This document shows positions 6,403-6,699 of a DNA stretch of 6,699 nucleotides, in pieces (position 1 is the stretch's first letter; the number at the start of each line of letters is the position of its first letter). A program made the position numbers and the translations under genes. Under the pieces are notes generated by a model. The model was not told the origin of the DNA and did not search any database. It saw only the letters and a program-made list of their open reading frames with translations. Location: positions 1-6,699 of the IMG/VR virus record IMGVR_UViG_3300024265_000607. One strand, given 5' to 3'.

Positions 6403-6467
6403 TTAAAAATCCAAATTAAATAAAAATTTTGACCTGATAAAAATTAATTGACATTTTTGTTAAAAAT
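6397..6467. repeat. 14-bp exact direct repeat TTTTTGTTAAAAAT (6397-6410 and 6454-6467)
   Basis: Read directly from the sequence. The unit is quasi-palindromic, and the first copy overlaps the putative BRE. Confidence 0.6.
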
Positions 6468-6698
6468 TTTATTATATTTAATACTACAATCTTTTTCTAT
6501 TAACATTTTTGGAAATAATATTCTAATAGGGCAAATTCTACAACCAGAATGAATAATATTTAAATCATATTCTCTTAATTTATTTTCAAATAATTTGTCA
6601 TAATAATTTCTTGAAAATTTTCTATTTCCTTTTAATAAATCTCGATATGGATAACCTTTAATAATATTTTGGCTTTTATGAAATCTTATATAAGTATT
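6444..6698 (-). CDS. 3' end of a gene truncated by the window edge; possible PAPS reductase (CysH)/DndC-like protein
   Basis: 84 stop-free codons ending at TAA 6446-6444: NTYIRFHKSQNIIKGYPYRDLLKGNRKFSRNYYDKLFENKLREYDLNIIHSGCRICPIRILFPKMLIEKDCSIKYNKIFNKNVN. YPxxD followed by SGCxxCP resembles the C-terminal part of the PAPS reductase family. The PP-loop would lie outside the window. Confidence 0.6.
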   Translation of the reverse strand, partial: NTYIRFHKSQNIIKGYPYRDLLKGNRKFSRNYYDKLFENKLREYDLNIIHSGCRICPIRILFPKMLIEKDCSIKYNKIFNKNVN

Positions 6699-6699
6699 T

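Noticed and set aside
6322-6699. Possible CRISPR array, origin or long non-coding region at the right end
   Set aside because: There is no regularly spaced repeat-spacer pattern, and 6444-6698 is an open reading frame. Only about 120 bp is intergenic.

Overview
AT-rich window (roughly 75-80% AT by eye) in which every credible gene lies on the minus strand, packed nearly end to end. It reads as the virion morphogenesis module of an archaeal spindle (lemon)-shaped virus. In order: a candidate BRE/TATA promoter; a 79-aa two-helix hydrophobic hairpin protein (putative major capsid protein); an oligo-T terminator; a 50-aa membrane protein; a 994-aa secreted, C-terminally anchored protein with repeated LamG/ConA-like beta domains (putative adhesin); four small membrane proteins; a 116-aa soluble protein; a 236-aa Zot/pI-like P-loop ATPase with no TM anchor; and three small ORFs. 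The gene set best fits the wyrdvirus-like viruses of Asgard archaea, but this is inference from motifs and organisation, with no search run. I translated four ORFs missing from the supplied track: 7-144, 147-272 (4 Cys), 5892-6044, and the 3' end of a gene with an SGCRICP motif (PAPS reductase/DndC-like) running off the right edge. No replication, integrase, RNA or CRISPR features are visible. The two window ends form a 17/18 inverted repeat.
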